Positions 5,520-7,107 of a stretch of DNA of 7,107 nt are shown one piece after another. Position 1 is the first letter of the stretch; every line of letters starts with the position of its first letter. The position numbers were made by a program, and so were the translations under genes. Below the pieces are notes generated by a model that made no database searches, had not been told where the DNA came from, and saw nothing but the letters and a program-made list of their open reading frames with translations. The stretch is from a virus, in the IMG/VR virus record IMGVR_UViG_3300008224_000199; one strand, 5' to 3'.

Positions 5520-5617
5520 AACTTCGCATAATGTGATTTGGTCATTATGTATAAAACAGTGCGTTGAAAATTTTAGGCAATGCGCTGTTTTTTACATAGT
5601 GGCTATTATGCGAGGTT
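5520..5617 (+). other. dif-like attP: two inverted XerC/XerD-type sites able to fold into a forked hairpin (CTXphi-type)
   Basis: The outer stem pairs 5520-5532 (aacttcgcataat) with 5605-5617 (attatgcgaggtt), 12/13 bp. The inner stem pairs 5546-5566 with 5578-5598 (18 Watson-Crick, 2 G-T and 1 mismatch in 21). An asymmetric bubble of 13 nt (5533-5545) against 6 nt (5599-5604) separates them, and the loop is 5567-5577. The arms resemble dif: TTCGCATAA (XerC side) and TTATGTATAAA (XerD side). Confidence 0.6.
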
Positions 5618-5782
5618 TTTTATTTTTTCTTCTTTACGATCACAAGCTTTTAAATAGTCTTAATCTTTAATTCATTCTGAAAAAGATATACCAAAAAAAA
5701 TAAGGTTTTTCTCTTTGGGGTTTTACTCTTGCCTTATAGTGAAATTTCTTCTAAAAAATACTGTTTTCAAAAAGGTCTTTTT

Positions 5783-5809
5783 AGTACGGGTTCTTGTGAC
5801 ACCCGTACT
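5783..5809. terminator. Perfect 9-bp hairpin downstream of the minus-strand RHH gene; possible terminator or ssDNA structural element
   Basis: agtacgggt (5783-5791) pairs with acccgtact (5801-5809) across a 9-nt loop. On the + strand it is preceded by ggtcttttt and followed by ttagtt. On the minus strand a T5 run comes only 9 nt after the stem, so it is not a canonical terminator in either direction. An adjacent palindrome ttcgga-ct-tccgaa lies at 5814-5827. Confidence 0.3.
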
Positions 5810-5832
5810 TTAGTTCGGACTTCCGAATTTAT

Positions 5833-6048
5833 TCATGACATTGTGGTGTTATTTTCAACTCCTGCTTCTATTCTTTTTAGTCCTTCTTCTATTATTTCGT
5901 GTAGTAGTTCGCTTTCTGTAAGTGGCTTTCTATTTGAGTTTATAAGTATTTTATTTATTTCTATGCTTTTTTTCCTTAGGTTTTCTTCTTCATTTTTTTT
6001 TAGTCTTATGCTTTTCATTTCTTTCACCATATAAATATTATTTTTCAT
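5833..6048 (-). CDS. Small ribbon-helix-helix repressor, divergent from the initiator gene (RstR-like position)
   Basis: The C-terminal ~60 aa of ORF 5833..6153 read as beta strand (KSIRLK), helix A (NEEENLRKKSIEINKIL) and helix B (TESELLHEIIEEGLKRIE). Candidate starts are Met at 6048, 6030 or 6018; the last has GGTGA 5 nt upstream. The 6049-6153 extension would run through the initiator promoter and start codon, and it looks non-protein-like. Confidence 0.6.
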   Translation of the reverse strand: MKNNIYMVKEMKSIRLKKNEEENLRKKSIEINKILINSNRKPLTESELLHEIIEEGLKRIEAGVENNTTMS

Positions 6049-6051
6049 CTT

Positions 6052-6130
6052 ACATGTGAATTTGTTGACATGTTTATGTGTTTTTGTGTACATTACTACA
6101 TACTGTATTAATGTACACATGTGAATTTGT
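6052..6130. promoter_or_regulatory. Divergent promoter/operator region between the RHH repressor and the initiator gene
   Basis: The 14-bp direct repeat acatgtgaatttgt is at 6052-6065 and 6117-6130. There are multiple ACATGT/TGTACA palindromes (6069-6074, 6087-6092, 6112-6117, 6117-6122). On the + strand, -35 TTGACA at 6065-6070 is followed after 18 nt by TACATT at 6089-6094. Confidence 0.5.
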
Positions 6131-6135
6131 ATTTT

Positions 6136-7107
6136 ATGTTTGAATTTATCCAATTAATTGACGGGCTACACATGTATCAAGATCATGAGATAGCTTTACC
6201 TTTTTTAGGTGATACCCGTGAAATTACTGTTGATGTTCAAACGGGCGATTTTCTTGCAGAGCGTCAGCCTAGCTATACTTATGAGGGTTCTTATACAACT
6301 TCTATTTTGATTAGGCTTTCTGGTCAACGTGTCACTATTTCTCGTGGTAATCCTTCTAAAGTAAATCGTTTAGATAATTTGTTTGGTTACAAGACTGTTG
6401 ATGAATGCGTTTTTGTTTATAACCAAATTCTTTTGTCTTTGGGTTTACCGCCTTTTACTCGATGTACTAAGCGTTGGCAGTTGATGGGCGAGGATGGTAA
6501 AAAAGTTAGAAATTTTAGTAATGGTGCGATTATTACTGAAATTCACACAACCACTAATAAATGTGTAGGTAAAGGAAATGTTAGGGATTATTTACGCGGT
6601 ATTTCTACTCAACGCTTAAGAAATTCTATCCCGCATTTAATGCCTAATGGTTGTACTGTTCAATGGCTTTCTAAATTGGGGAATGCTTCCTTAGTTCATT
6701 CTTCTGTTTATGACAAAGCGAACGAAATTGAATTACATCAACTTCCTAAAATTAAAAGGGCTTTTGGTGAAACATCTGACGAATACAAACAATTAAAAAA
6801 AGTTCATGAATACTGTTTAGAAAAAGGCGTTGCACGTTTTGAAAATAAAATAAAAGCAAGATCATTAAAAAGAGATGAACTCCAATACTGGGGGTTATCC
6901 GACTATTCAATACTAGATAAAAAACAATTAGAATTTTTAAATATAGATAAAAAATTAAGTGTGAATGCTATGACTATGCAAACAATAAGCGAATTATTAA
7001 AAGAAGAGGGCGTATGTAAATCGATTCAAGCTGCTAATGCTACGTCTTCTTACTATTTCATGTGGTTACAGGGTCAAACTTTTGATCTTAAAAAAACACA
7101 GGTTAGG
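6136..7107 (+). CDS. Replication initiation protein (Ff gpII-like), N-terminal 324 aa. It runs off the window end and continues at 1..294.
   Basis: My own translation from ATG 6136 has no stop to 7107. It is missing from the ORF track because no stop falls inside the window. Motifs match M13 gpII as I recall it: NPSKVNRLDNLFG / SPAKVLQGHNVFG, ITEIHTTTN / ISRIDATFS, GVARFENKIKARSLK / GLVRFEARIKTRYLK. Confidence 0.85.
   Translation, partial: MFEFIQLIDGLHMYQDHEIALPFLGDTREITVDVQTGDFLAERQPSYTYEGSYTTSILIRLSGQRVTISRGNPSKVNRLDNLFGYKTVDECVFVYNQILLSLGLPPFTRCTKRWQLMGEDGKKVRNFSNGAIITEIHTTTNKCVGKGNVRDYLRGISTQRLRNSIPHLMPNGCTVQWLSKLGNASLVHSSVYDKANEIELHQLPKIKRAFGETSDEYKQLKKVHEYCLEKGVARFENKIKARSLKRDELQYWGLSDYSILDKKQLEFLNIDKKLSVNAMTMQTISELLKEEGVCKSIQAANATSSYYFMWLQGQTFDLKKTQVR
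6985..7107. repeat. Terminal redundancy, copy 2 (identical to 1..123)
   Basis: This is the same 123-nt string as the window start, and it is in frame within the initiator ORF. Confidence 0.95.

Noticed and set aside
5729-6034. 101-aa plus-strand ORF
   Set aside because: It is antisense to the RHH repressor gene and has a TTG start. Its extreme Phe/Ser/Leu composition is what a T-rich strand produces. The RHH reading on the opposite strand has a recognisable fold pattern.
6049-6153. N-terminal 35-aa extension of the minus-strand ORF 5833..6153
   Set aside because: It would traverse the initiator promoter and operator repeats and overlap the initiator start codon. Its sequence (MDKFKHKIQIHMCTLIQYVVMYTKTHKHV) looks like translated operator repeats rather than protein.
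1-7107. Terminal 123-bp repeats read as transposon or LTR-type ends; also CRISPR arrays, tRNA/rRNA genes, an integrase or a secretin
   Set aside because: The repeat is direct, exact and in frame within a CDS, which fits circular permutation. I saw no repeat-spacer array, no cloverleaf-like tRNA segment and no tyrosine- or serine-recombinase-sized ORF. No secretin-sized ORF was seen on either strand.

Overview
The window holds one complete, circularly permuted genome of a filamentous ssDNA phage (Inoviridae-like) with a unit length of 6984 bp. Bases 1-123 are identical to 6985-7107, and the join falls in frame inside the replication-initiator gene. The T-rich + strand carries the canonical module: an Ff gpII-like initiator (6136..7107, continuing 1..294), a gpV/RstB-like ssDNA-binding protein (495..869), a gpVIII-like major coat protein (933..1124) followed by a hairpin terminator, a 109-aa protein whose C-terminal anchor is a paralog of the coat protein (1156..1485), a gpIII-like Cys-rich adsorption protein (1534..2763), a gpVI/Ace-like protein (2756..3040) and a Zot/gpI assembly ATPase (3037..4230). 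No secretin gene is present. The remaining ~1.9 kb (4231-6135) is the accessory and regulatory part. It contains a minus-strand two-gene operon (67-aa unknown plus a ribbon-helix-helix protein) behind three GTATATAC-type sites spaced exactly 34 bp apart. It also contains an iteron-like repeat field, a purine-rich tandem-repeat island, and a hairpin whose core closely matches the f1/M13 (+)-strand origin as I recall it. Further on are an imperfect forked hairpin built from two inverted dif-like XerC/XerD sites (a CTXphi-type attP) and a second small RHH repressor transcribed divergently from the initiator gene across a repeat-bearing promoter region. All family assignments come from motif recognition by eye and from gene order; no database search was possible.
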